DNA of 63,867 bases, the filler included, from Asterionella formosa (lineage: Eukaryota): assembly GCA_002256025.1 (NCBI GenBank). It is 11 parts of 11 records of this genome, joined end to end, with 100 filler letters (N's around TTAATTAATTAA, not from the genome) between each part and the next. Parts side by side here need not be neighbours in the genome. Positions count along the whole stretch, not along the records: positions 1 to 6,128 come from NKIB01012812.1; positions 6,229 to 12,352 come from NKIB01012813.1; 9 more parts are not named here. One strand, given 5' to 3'. A program made the position numbers and the translations under genes. Shown piece after piece: positions 1 through 11,739 of this stretch. The notes below the pieces were generated by a model that did not search any database, was not told the DNA's origin, and saw only the letters and a program-made list of their open reading frames with translations. Within the stretch, counting starts at the first letter, position 1; every line of letters starts with the position of its first letter.

Positions 1-572
1 GCGGTGATGAAGGGATCAACGTAGAATGTTCAGTAAGTGCAGCTGTGGGTTCGTGAGTCGGTCTCAATGTAAGATCATCAGTTGGAGATGCTGTGGGATC
101 ATTTGTCGGTATCATTGAAGGATGCTCAGTAGGAGAAGATGCGGGTTCTGTAGTCGTTGTTGTTATAGAATTGTCAGTTGGAGTTGCTGTGGGTTCCGTA
201 GTTGGAGTCAGAGAAGGTACAACAGTAGGAAAAGCAGCGGCATCTACAATCGGATGCTCAGTAGGAGAAGTTGTGGGGTCCGCACTTGGTGTATTTATAG
301 GATGACCAGTAGGAGAATCTGTGGGATATACAGACGGGGCGTTCGTCGTGGATGGATGAGTAAAGAGGAAAAGTTGTGTCAGTCCATGGGGCCAATGTCA
401 ACTATAAAGTAGTAGAAGCGTATGGGTCCTTACTCCTTGGTGGTGACGAAATAAATGGAAAACCAATATTTGTCATTGTCGCCAGTTTTGGGCTCATACT
501 TGGTTCATTAAATGACGATCGGCAGGTCCCCATAAGATGGAAGAGGAAAACTGCAATCCCCAGCTGAAACAT
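1..572 (-). CDS. Secreted Pro/Thr/Ser-rich (PT-repeat, mucin-like) protein, 3' end runs off the window
   Basis: ATG at 572 gives the signal-peptide-like MFQLGIAVFLFHLMGTCRS. A putative GT-AG intron at 433-319 joins exon 1 in frame to SPTGHPINTPSADPTTSPTEHP...PTNDPTASPTDD repeats. The ORF track shows only antisense shadows here. Confidence 0.65.
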
Positions 573-1485
573 ATTTCCTTCTTTCCTCGATTTGTTGTTT
601 ACTGTTAAATTTATTGTTCAGTTTAGTAACATCAGTCGTAAGCCCGTAACTTGGGAAATGCCGTACCCAATTTGATATTTTGGAAATATAATTCTTGATT
701 CAGCGATGATTTGATCAATATGTGACAGAAGAAAACACGGAAGCTATTATGTAAATGAGGGACCTGGTACGAGGTATACCGTGTGATTGCTTTGGAAATT
801 GTGCGTTGGCAAGAACAAGTATTTCCTACCATTGAACGCGTGGTCGCCGGCAGGCAGACATGTTCGCCTACAGACTCGAAGATAACGAGAAATCGACGAT
901 TGTTATATATGTATGCATTTCTGCCGCTTCACGTGTAGGAACATTTCCTCTAGCTATACATTTCAACATCGCTCCTTAATTATCTATCGCGTGTTTTCAA
1001 GGCAGTATTGAATACAGCGCGGTGCTTCCATTCGAGCGAAATCGAATACCGGGTCCCGATACAACTCTTGTGAATGGTGCGCGCAGAGGAAGGAAAAGTC
1101 AGCAAGTTGTTGCGGTCATTTTGCTGAAATTGATAACGTGACGCAGGACAGGCGTGTAAATTAAAAACGTCATCAATTCGCTCTTGAAAATCGCCTTTGG
1201 TATGATTACTGGTACCAGGAGTAGCTAGAGCATCTCCATTGCATCAACCAAATACCAAAGTCAAACGCAGTTGAAAATATCAAAACACCTCACTTGCTTG
1301 AGAAATTTTTTCATCGTTAGTCGAAATTTTCTAAAAAATTTCCCACCACATCGACCAAATCCCAAAATAGTCAAATTTTGCACCCAAAATTTGAGCAAAT
1401 AGAAATAGAGCTATATTGTCTGTATATTTATATCGTTGATATAGCGGCATGTACTAAATAGCTATATAAACACAACATGAAACAA

Positions 1486-2460
1486 TGAGCAACAATAGCA
1501 ACTCATCTGATGATGATCACCTCTACCATTTCCGCAAGATTCATCATCAACAAAGAAGTGAGAACGGTGCAAATAAATGACAAAATAGGGGAGGAGAATC
1601 CAAGATTAGCAAGGCTACAAACGTGAATCATTTTCACGCAGAGTAGGACAAGCTTTTGAAGGATCTCACAAGAATGGCTGAATCGACTACACCGCTCCAC
1701 AACCTAAAAGTGTTTTGTAAATCAATAATCAGAAGGTATGGAACAGAGTGTTTTCGAGCTCCTGCAAAGGACAACATGAAAATGATTTTATGTCTCCATG
1801 AGGCAACGGGTTGGCTGGGACTTCTTGGTTCATCGGATGTGATGCAGTGGGAATGGAAGAATTGTCCCAAGGCACACAGAGGAGCATTTCAAGGAAAACA
1901 TGACGTGGCTACTGTTGCTTTGGAAGCTGCTGTTGACTGTTAACTTTGGTTATGGCACGCATGTTTGGAATGCCAAGTGCTAACAAAGATTTCAATATTT
2001 TAGATCTGGAAGGACTCCTGCCATCAACTTCACAATCAACAAGAAAGAACACAATCTACTAACTATTTGGTTGATGTCATCTATTCAGATTGGCACATTT
2101 TTGTTAAAACAATTTCGGAACCACAAGGTGCAAAGCGTACACGTTTTTCAATGGTTCAAGAGGCCCAACTGAAGGATTTAGAGCGAGCATTTGGTGTGTT
2201 ACAGGCAAGGAAGAGGATCCTAGCACTTCCATGCAAGCTTTGGTCAGTGGGTGCAATGGATCATGATGTCATCATTGCATGTATCATACTCCACAACATT
2301 ATTATTGAAGATGATGAGTGGGATAGACTAGGAAAGACACAAATGAATATTTATTTGATAAAATTCAGGATGGCTTTTTGGTTGAAAATGTGAATCACGA
2401 CAATGTGCATTTAAAAAATTGAAACTCACTTATAACACGTTTGCTTTCTCTAAGACCACG
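1486..2460 (+). pseudogene. PIF/Harbinger (plant-transposon-protein/ALP1-like) DDE transposase, frameshifted
   Basis: Motifs MAEST, GLLGSSDVMQWEWKNCPKA..GAFQGK, VALEAAVD, YSDWHIFVKTI and KDLERAFGVLQAR...ACIILHNIIIED occur in broken frames (ORFs 1656-1943 and 2067-2393). Confidence 0.85.
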
Positions 2461-2469
2461 GAGTTACAT

Positions 2470-2785
2470 GGGGAATTTCATAGCATGGCCTGTCAACAAG
2501 TCCGTGTGCTTCAATTCTTTGCCTGGCTTTTTCCCTATTCCTACCAATTTAAATAGCTCCATAGCTTATTCAACGTATTTACTCTCCATCCATCCCGATT
2601 TTGGAACATTTGCCACCTGCGCAAAATAGCCGAAGAACTTTGTGTTGTCTTGATTTATCGTTCCCCATCGAGCCGTGCATGCTGTTGACGTCCGCTCCTT
2701 GCAATCCGGGATGAGACCTACATTTGACCAGTCCCAGTGATTGAGTCTTCAAAAACATGATCCCATGCTGACAATGTTGAATAAA
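2470..2785 (-). pseudogene. PIF/Harbinger Myb/SANT-like (NAM-associated) accessory ORF remnant
   Basis: Manual translation gives LSAWDHVFEDSITGTGQ ... ERTSTACTARWGTINQDNTKFFGYFAQVANVPKSGW ... AMELFK, the typical Harbinger ORF2 pattern, with stops and a deletion. Confidence 0.7.
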
Positions 2786-3089
2786 CTATGCATTTAAGGC
2801 TACTTTAGTATACATGAAGATTGTACTGAAAATGCATTGCAACGATGTGCGCACTAATAAACCATAAATGTTTGGTTGCCGGCGCAAGCCACAATCTTCT
2901 TTTATTTGGCTACGGTCGGATTCTAATCGACCAAATACTTGATATTTGGTTGATAAGGGGGTCATCCTCAAACTAGACCAAAGCATGTTTGGTCTTGGTC
3001 GATGCGGCGGCTAAAATATTTTTGCTTTTTCGACCAACACATTGCATCATGACATGTAATGACTCACAGTAATTTTGATTTGTATGTAA

Positions 3090-3470
3090 AGACAATCACA
3101 TGGGAGACCTTATTATACCAGAACAATGGATTGAAAGGGTGATACAAGCTCTATGGCAAATGGACGTTATCGATAGTTGGAACCACAGAAATGAAGAATT
3201 ATATGGTAAAACAGAAGGAGAACAAATGAAAAGGATGGTGGCAGAGGTTGATTCACAGATAAGGGTACTTCGCTTGATATGATCAAGATCAAGGAAAAGT
3301 GCGTGAGGAGAAAGATATGTCCTTCTTTTTACTTCCAGTTGAAGTAAGAATTAAGCGTTACGATCTTATCAAGAACGTAAATGGGTTGAATCAGTCGACC
3401 TGGCTTTCAATGCCTGGTATCGTGCCAGGGTGGCAGAAATAACAGATGGAGCTCGGCTTCGCCTCGCACC
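3090..3470 (+). pseudogene. C-terminal fragment of a diatom non-LTR retrotransposon ORF (Ambal-like)
   Basis: WIERVIQALW..IDSWNHRNEELYGKT...QIR is followed after frameshifts by FLLPVEVRI..KWVESV. This resembles the W..RN...G C-terminus of stramenopile non-LTR polyproteins. Confidence 0.45.
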
Positions 3471-3937
3471 ACTATGGGACTCTGGAACTGATTTACATAC
3501 CGGGGGTATATACCTTTGTGCGTGGAGTGATATCGAAACTACATACAGCCACGTAGATACTATATAAATGTATAAATACAAACCATGAGCATACATGTTG
3601 GCATACTCCTGATGTGTGTTTTGCCCTTGAGCAAAATCATGTCTACATTCAGCAACGTAGATATGGTATTGAGGTTTAAATATCATTTTTGTTTGTTTAA
3701 AATGGATTTCTATCAATCTGGTGCCGATTCCTAGCTATTTCATTCAAATATTCAAATGGACACTCGAATCATGGGAATTCATAGTAGGAAATTCCTTGTA
3801 CCTCACCGTTTTACAACCTTAGCGACGTTTTCTCCGAACTAGGGTTTAGCCGGGGCCATGAAATCAGTCAAATTCAGTCACAACAGTGTACATTGGGGTG
3901 TCCATGACAATGAAGTATATGGGTTTACCTTTAAATT

Positions 3938-4008
3938 GTGTTATTTTTTCTATACACATTAAATATTTGTGAGTGTTGCGCCAGATGTACAAAGGAGGGT
4001 ACAGGTAT
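3938..4008 (-). repeat. Partial inverted copy of the pogo-like terminus at 24067 and 61718
   Basis: The reverse complement contains ATACCTGTACCCTCCTTTGTACATCTGGCGCAACACTCACAAATATTT...TAGAAAAAATAACA, which matches the other copies. Confidence 0.65.
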
Positions 4009-5158
4009 GTTACAATTTAAGGCGCTTCTTCCAAGCGTGCTCCAGTATCACAACCCTGGAATGATCTGTCACAATCTTTTTCGCGCCGTCTGTTTGCTCA
4101 TTATTCTAATAATATTATATATATAAATACTCTCTATATCCATTTAGATACTCAGACAACATCAAGTCGTTGGACACCTTTCGACATCAACAGCCTATCA
4201 GACACATTCTGATACAGATACGAGGCACCATGTTTAATTTTGCTGCATTTCAACCCTAGTTTAGAGGGAGAGTTTAAAACATAATATTGAGTCAGAGTAC
4301 TCAAACACAGACTTCTTACGAGTAAAACATAAATGTATATCGCTAAATGGAGCTTTCACCAATATACCGGTACACCCTTTCCATATGCTTAGATACAGTC
4401 ATTGACAAAAGTAGGGGGGTATACCGGTAGTTCACCGCAATATATCGTCAGGATATAGGATCTGATGAGATGTAGACTGGAAATTTCGGGGGAAATTACT
4501 TTATTTGGCATAGTAAAAAAACCGGAAGTTCCTTTCTCCAGTTTCTCGCAGAAGTTCTTATATACAGATGCTATTTGAAGGTTACTTATGTGTCTAAATC
4601 GCCTTCAGACCCAGCCAACGTTGAGCTATCGTCGTCCAAAAATTCGACAAAATCGGCCTTTTCTACCATCTCCAAAATATCAGAAACAGAACCACTTAGC
4701 ACCGAAACGTCATCATCTGAATCAGAGCCTTGTGATGCAATATTTAGTTGTCAAATTTCCAATACCAAAAATTCCATTGTAAGTGCGTGCAGTATTACTA
4801 AAGATGTACTGATTGCCTATTTTGCAAAATACTTCCCACCATGTGATTGTGTAAGGAATTGCAAACCCACACCGGCCACATTGGATACACATGTAACATT
4901 TCTTTGGATGTACCGGTAGGCTGGTACTATATCCAGTGCGGGTACCAGAGGATTACTATCATTGGAAATCATACGTGTGGTACCTGGTACCACTCGTTGA
5001 TTGCAATTTCAAATATTTGCCAAGCCGCCGGGTCGTATTTAAGAAAAGTAATCGTTGGTGAATATGCATAGCCGGTACATTGATGAACAATGTCTATGTA
5101 TATTTTTAGCTATTCAAAAAGGAATCTATGCACTGATTTGAATATTTCAAACGGAATC

Positions 5159-5208
5159 ATGTCATTCAAAAATAGCTCATATAATGTCATTCAAAAATAG
5201 CTCATATA
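5159..5208. repeat. 25-bp tandem duplication
   Basis: ATGTCATTCAAAAATAGCTCATATA occurs twice. Confidence 0.9.
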
Positions 5209-6023
5209 AATTCTTGGTTCCAGGGAATTTCGGCAACCCTATGCAATATTTTAATTTTTGCCTTTGTAATGTATAAATATGTATATATATTTATAGGGTT
5301 GACATGCAGCAACCTTAACCGTATGAATGTATGTACATAGTAATAGGTTCCCAATTCCAAAATGATTTTTGCAAGCACCCTACAAATGCAATATTTTATT
5401 TCGTGTACTAGGGTTTCGAAGAGCCCAAACTTTATTAAACAGAAGAAGTCGTGCAAAGAACAAGTCGACTCCAACAGTTGACAGATGGTATGAAAAGAAA
5501 TCCAGTCATTTGCACTATAGTCTGGTCATGTCTAACAAAAATGAATTGATACTAAATATATCGACAGAAGAAAAGTTGGCTTCTCAAATGGCCTTCCGAC
5601 TACGACTGCTCCCTGGTAGAACACTCGAGAACACAAACAAATAATTATACCGGCAGTCCGGAGTGGTCACGGAGCAGGCAGACGAGCTGGTTCAGTATCG
5701 GTATTGTCTTTGATATTATTTAGATAGATATAGGAATTCCGGTATGTCCTATAATTCCACAGTGGTCGGTTCAGCCAACAGCGGGGTTCTTATAATGGCG
5801 GTAGACTCAAGCATCGATTCTGAACTACGGGTATAATGTCCCTGAATCAAGGTGTTCATTCCACACATCCTTCTTTATTTCGTCAGCATCATAAATATAT
5901 ACCGGTATGTGCAACCAAGCAATCAAACGAAAACATCTTGCTTTGTATCACCAATTATACTTGAACGTACTCGAATCCTAAGCTTCCCTTTTGCAAACGC
6001 ATTCATCGTTTGTCCACATTCTC

Positions 6024-6128
6024 ATGAGCACCCAGCATTATCACCATCAGCCAGCAGCAATCCTCGAAGCAGCATCTTCATCACTTCCTCCTGCCATGTC
6101 GGCCCCTCGAGGTGGTACAGTCTCAGGC
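6024..6128 (+). CDS. Possible 5' end of a gene cut by the contig end
   Basis: ATG-initiated open frame MSTQHYHHQPAAILEAASSSLPPAMSAPRGG... with gene-like composition. Too short to assign. Confidence 0.3.
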
Positions 6129-6228
6129 NNNNNNNNNNNNNNNNNNNNNNNNNNNNNNNNNNNNNNNNNNNNTTAATTAATTAANNNNNNNNNNNNNNNN
6201 NNNNNNNNNNNNNNNNNNNNNNNNNNNN
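6129..6228. other. Artificial contig linker
   Basis: N44-TTAATTAATTAA-N44, with stops in all six frames. Confidence 0.99.
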
Positions 6229-6795
6229 AAACAAGGTTTAAACAGCTGGTGTAGGAGCTCGAAAAAAGGCATGGTCAAACCCACACAAGGTAATCAGAGC
6301 ATCATCATGCTTGCTGTTGAACAAAGTCCAGAATGGACTCGATAATGGATGCTGTAGTGCGTGGCGACGGATTTTGCCACTTCTTCTTCTGACCTCATGA
6401 ACAGTCAAACTTTCCCTGATCGATGGTGTCCTATTTACTGGTGGATAGCACATTGCTAACAGTAGCAATGTGATCATAATGTCATCATCATCATCATCAG
6501 GAGATGAGATGAAAGTCGACATCATGGTCAGTGACCAACGATGATGAATATATAGAACTCATGCATATAATGAACAAGAGGCGGCATAGCATACAAGAGG
6601 ATGCATCGATATGAAAATTTAACTGTTGAAAATTAAAGTTAAAAATATATATTATGTCAGAGAAGTAATCTAAAATATCTCTATTTTCAGAGCGCAAGGA
6701 CGATATTATGTAGCAGATCACCAGAATAATTTGTGTTATACTAATACACACATGATATAATAATTTTTTATTATCAGAGCGCGCCCAATAATGAA
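6229..6795 (-). mobile_element. 5' part of a Harbinger-like (DDE_Tnp_4) transposon; second copy of the family at 20300-20830
   Basis: Clear nucleotide similarity to 20298-20832. Encodes RRRSGKIRRHALQHPLSSPFWTLFNSKHDDALITLCGFD. Confidence 0.8.
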
Positions 6796-6998
6796 GTACA
6801 GGGACTCTGGGTACTTGACATTGTTTTTACATGTGGTATGATTTTTGTTCTCATTGGCATTTATTTCATTCGACAGATCACAAAGAATTGTCTACCACTC
6901 CACATTTACAGTCGCTCAGACAGATAATTACTTCCTCCAACATTACAGTACAAGCTCTCCTCATGGCTAATTATCCAACAATATGTAGTACATAGTAT

Positions 6999-7140
6999 AT
7001 GATGTCAACATGGTCCACCTTGATCATCATGGCTCTCTCCTCCTTGACGGCCCCTACCACCCTTTCTTTTCAGATTTCTCCTGTACATGAATGGCACTTT
7101 TATTTCCCATTCCAGATGGCAACTAATGATGATGATGATA

Positions 7141-7194
<54 letters not shown>

Positions 7195-7436
7195 TTAATG
7201 GTGATAGTACCAACAACGACCACCATATGCAGGATTTTGCCTGGCGCGCCGAAAAGATTCGATTGGAAGAAGCCAACACCAAGAGTTTCTTGAAACGTAA
7301 GCCACGAAAGTTGCCATATTTAGATGCTCGTCGATGGGTGCAAACCAATTTAGGTGCAAGTACCAAAAAGGAGTTTTATGATTTGGTGGCAAATGGGAAT
7401 GTTTTATCTCCATATTTATCAATGAACAACCTTTGA
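6999..7436 (+). CDS. Conserved diatom hypothetical protein with presequence and poly-Asp tract, probably 3'-truncated
   Basis: Hydrophobic N-terminus ending TLS-F, then (GAT)n poly-D, then globular WRAEKIRLEEANTKSFLKRKPRKLPYLDARRWVQTNLG..TKKEFYDLV.NGN. Confidence 0.55.
7125..7194 (+). repeat. (GAT)n microsatellite encoding poly-Asp
   Basis: Directly visible trinucleotide run. Confidence 0.95.
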
Positions 7437-8916
7437 TGCCTAGTAATCCTTTGCCTAATCAAGATCTGTGTTGGGTGCTGCTTCATTGCTATAGTCAACC
7501 AATGGACTATCCTGAAGTCTTTTACCATATCCCAGCTGATCCATTGATTGTTGAGTTGCCTGAACTTTTTTCCAATCATTTTCTGATCTGAGTTCCCTTG
7601 ACGTACTTGAAAACAATATTTTTGTATTCAATTATTCCTCCATTACAAAACAATCATTCTTTCCACATGGAATTATGATTGCGGCATATACAAGGAAAAG
7701 AAGGGACATAAATGGAGTTAGTGAAATCGCAGAGGATTAACAAAGCGAGTTGCCATTTCCTGTTGGCTCCAAAACTACAGTGAACAGATCTATTTTTTCA
7801 TTCATCGTGTCAGGGAAGAAGTGTAGTATAAAGCTCTCTCCTCAAAGAGACTCAATTTATATCCAAACAGCACAATCAACCTTTGTGATGTGAGCTGGGA
7901 AAGTTGGTTCTTTTTCCACAAATGGATGATTGATGAGCAAAAACAACGACGTGATGGTGGGGATGATGATTTTTTTATTGTGACCACCAAGAAAAGCCAG
8001 CAACGTGTTAAAATGTTCCTACCTTCACTTGCTACTACTAGTTGCAAGGCTATGTCTACTGATAAGCACTGGATTCGAATAGTGTCTTCTAGTAGTAAGC
8101 TTAAGAGTCTCTGGCGATTGTTTGGGTGGAATTTTGGATTGGGCACAACAAAGCCTGCCCCCCAAAAAGAGGATTCACAGCAAGTGCTGCCTCCTCTTTT
8201 TCAGACAGACGTTGTTAGGCTTTTGGCATCATGTCCTGCTCATTCCCCATGCAACTTGGGAGGTGAATTCAAGACTCGAATTGATGATAGAGGCGTTGAT
8301 TTTTCACATGACAGGCAATGTCAATTACTGTTTTTCATGCTTCGTTTCTGTGATGTTGATGGTGGTAGTAATGCGGTTTCTCCATTTGTTCACATTTGCT
8401 CCCTCGACAAGCAAAAACCAGCAACAACCAGCGACCATTAGTTTCAGCGGGGGATTGTCTTGTCAATAGGAATCAAAGTAGTGTTGTACATGTGAAAAAG
8501 TTGATGGCGTTTTGGTGACAGATGAGAAAATAAACCACCCCAATTTTGGATTGGTATTGACAATGTCACTAGCTGATGTAAACGAGTTGGCCTTGGCAAG
8601 TCTAGAATGATAAAAACTAATAGAACAAATCACAATAATCCATAGACTACTAATTGCAAACTACTCTCTATTCAATCTCATCTATATTTTCATCCTCGTT
8701 TACATTCTGATTTGTAGAAAAAAACCGGTCCCCAAAAACTGTCCTCCACATGACATATCTGGAAAGGAACATCCAAATCGGCTTATGTGTCCCTGTTTGA
8801 GTTTTGTCAGCGCTGGTATGTTACGTCGTTGAAACGTCATGTAGAAGTAGTTTCATCACGATGAAGCTAGACAAGACTACTGGTTTTTTTTAGACAAGAC
8901 TACTGGTACTCATATA

Positions 8917-9163
8917 TGTTGGAGAAAATATTTTAGGATAGAAAATCCCGGTATAAATTACCTACTACATATTGAATCGAATGAATCAAGAAAGAATATG
9001 GGACCAGAGAATTCGAAAACAATCTACACCAACAGTAAAAACCCATAATTCTATTAAAACTCTTAGGAACGATTACAATCGATCACGGGTAGCCTATTTG
9101 GTCCCTGACGTGTCCTTACAAAATACAAGAAAGCATAGAGTGCTTCGGGACGCAATTTCAACA
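8917..9163 (+). repeat. 5' LTR of a Ty1/copia (CoDi-like) element
   Basis: Bounded by TGTTGG...TCAACA inverted ends, just upstream of gag. Confidence 0.65.
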
Positions 9164-10863
9164 GTTTTAATAGAATTCGCCGGCCAGGAAGAGCCGTGAT
9201 ACCACAATCAACAACAGGCGGACCACTGAGAGTCCGGAGACAAGATCTGAGAGTACCAGACCATCCAGAGTCTGAAGAAGTTGCAGAGGGCGCATCATGA
9301 GTGGCAAAGGAAAGTTTACCAAGAAGGCTCAAGCCAAGGGCAAGTTTCAAGCCAAGGGAGGGAGCAATATTGCTTCTCACTCAATCAAGAAGTCAGTCAA
9401 TGACTATAACTACTACCTCGGATCATCGAAGCAGGCATCTGACTATGAGATTACTACTGAGTATCTCATCAACTACATCAAGAAAGTGTTTGATTATGGC
9501 AGCGACATTGGAATCACACTCAAGTCATTAGAACCAATCAACACATCGGTATGGAAGCCAAGAATGCAAGTGAGCATGGCAACAACAGAAGAAGATCGCG
9601 CCGCAGAGAATTCGCAATTTGAGATCGAGTTTAAGGCTGACTATTACACCTACAGTAAAAGGGTACAGGCCTACGAAAATAATAATACGAAGGCATATGC
9701 ATTGCTCTGGGAAAGATGCAACAAAGCCATGAAGAACAAGATTGAAGCGAGATCCGATTACAATAGGATCGAACATAACCCAATAACATTGCTTATGGCA
9801 ATGAAAGAACACGCGTTAAATTTTCAAGAGAATCGATATTCAATGTCGATCATTTTAGATGCGATGAGAACGCTTTTGTTCACAAAGCAAAAAGAAGGAG
9901 AAAGTCTACAAGAATACACCAAGAGATTCATGTGGCACGAGATGTGCTCAAGTCACACATGGGAGGACCCATTATCCTCACCAAGTTTGTTGAAGCCATG
10001 GAAGGATACAATGAGAACAACAATCACTTGGCAATGATCAATACCCGAAGACCACCACCGAATCAAATAATGTTCTCAGCAACCATCGGTTTGACATCAC
10101 AAATAAATCTAACTACAAGAAACCAGGAGATAATGATAAAGAGAGGAAACAAAAGGATGCAGGCAAGGAAGACGAAGATGTGAACTTATCGTTTGCACAG
10201 TTAGAAGGAAAATGTTACTGCTGCGGAAAAGCAGGTCACAAATCTCCTTCGTGCTGAGACAAGAATAAACCAAAAGAGGAATGGGCTATCAACAAGGCCC
10301 AAAGCCATGCACAGGCACAGGCTAATACATCCGACATGAGTACAGTTACCTCTGCTAATTCCAACAACCCGCCGTCATCACAAGCTTCACAACAAGCAAA
10401 TGCCAATCAATTTGGATGGACAGGAGCTCATATGAAACTACAATTTTGCCAAGCATCTGAGATGCGTGACTGGATACTATTGGATAATCAATCAAGTGTC
10501 ACAGTCTTTTGCAACCCAAAAATGGTTAATAACATTCGAATGTCAACCAACGGAAGCATGCACCTGGCCATAAATGGTGGATCCATGGTAACTAATATGA
10601 AGGCTGATCTTCCAGAATGGGGAGAAGTATGGTTTAATGAAAAGGCAATCACAAACATCTTCAGTTATGCCGAAATGGCAGATAGGTACAGAATTACCTA
10701 TGACTCTGAGAAAGAAGATGCATTCATTGTTCATTTGCCAGACAAAACAGTTCGATTTGAAAGAATTGGGATGAACTTATATGTTTTCAAGCCAACCACA
10801 AGAATTAGAGCGGAAGATGCTCAAATGTTAAATACACTTGAAGAAAACAAAACATTTTACACT
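8917..10863 (+). mobile_element. Ty1/copia (CoDi-like) LTR retrotransposon, 5' half, degenerate and interrupted
   Basis: gag (9297-; KAYALLWERCNKAMKNKIE, KQKEGESLQEYTKRF), zinc knuckle GKCYCCGKAGHKSPSC (about 10207-10255, followed by TGA), protease WILLDNQSSVTVFCN. Stops at ENKTFYT where another element begins. Confidence 0.85.
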
Positions 10864-11130
10864 CATCTAAGACGCCGTTTATGGCACTTTTTCAAATTTA
10901 TGTCTAAAGTGACGTATTTATGCTACTTTTCTAAAATATTATGCTACTTTTTTGGGAATTTATTTGGGTCAAACCAAAATTTATGTGTTCTAAAACAAAA
11001 TTTATTCTACTTATCTAATAATTATGTGATCAAACCAATAATTATGTGAGTTCACAACAATATTTTTTTCCAACTAGCCCTCATAACGGTATAATGGCGA
11101 AATTACGCCACTTCATGGCAATATTATGCC
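10864..11130 (+). mobile_element. Terminus of an unclassified DNA transposon inserted into the copia pol
   Basis: Starts CATCTAAGACG. About 250 bp match the reverse complement of 54600-54844. Confidence 0.7.
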
Positions 11131-11739
11131 GGTCTCACCACATGATTAAGTAAAGAGTACCTAATTTCGATTCAATTATTATTTTTTCCTCTATCACATT
11201 TTCCCTTGATATCGACTCCCAAAGAACAAACAGCACAAGCAGTTGTTGGCGCCGATATCCGCATCCACAAATGCCGTTGGTACAATCAATCATTCTTATT
11301 TGATGAATAACTATTTTAACAATTTTTTGCTTCAACTAATCATGTTATTGTTATAGTCGTTCATTGCTCAGCAACTGCAAAAATGTCAAATCTGTTCGCA
11401 ACAGCGTCGTTTTGATTTGAGCAGCTATAGATTATGTAGAAAAATTGTGCCATCGGCGATTGCAGTTTTCGCTGTTACTATCAATGCCATTGCAACTATT
11501 CTCTTACGGTTGTATTGCCTTTGTTGTGATTGATATATGTTCTTAACAGGAGAGCGTCGTTCTCAATTTTCGTAGAGATTTCCGCTATTTTCGTCATGGT
11601 CAAGGTTGAGACGACATGATGCAGGATGCTCCAGATGATCACAACAATTACACTATAGGATTTTGTGTAGTTAAAAGAATCGCAGTATCTCAGCTAAATA
11701 ATAATTTACGTTGTAGCGATTGCGAGGGCTACCCTCCAT

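Larger units (their letters stand above)
1227..3012 (+). mobile_element. Degenerate PIF/Harbinger DNA transposon with two convergent ORFs
   Basis: Starts AGAGCATCTCCA, a PIF/Tourist-type TIR. A degenerate inverted copy (TTTGGTCTTGGTCGATGC) lies at about 2987-3005. Contains transposase (+) and Myb/NAM-associated ORF (-) remnants. Confidence 0.7.

Noticed and set aside
93..567. Plus-strand ORFs rich in Val/Gly
   Set aside because: They are antisense shadows of the minus-strand PT-repeat gene.
4575..4919. Ser-rich plus-strand ORF
   Set aside because: Probably the antisense of a short acidic, stop-containing minus-strand fragment that I could not assign.
6173..6184. TTAATTAATTAA recurring every ~6.2 kb as a periodic biological repeat
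   Set aside because: It is always embedded in N44 runs, so it is an artificial six-frame-stop linker. ORFs ending in X...LIN are truncation artefacts.
7005..7422. Poly-Ile, poly-Met and poly-Ser ORFs
   Set aside because: They are alternative frames of the (GAT)n microsatellite.
7890..8469. 183-aa ORF and overlapping frames
   Set aside because: No recognisable motif; both strands are partly open in decayed sequence.
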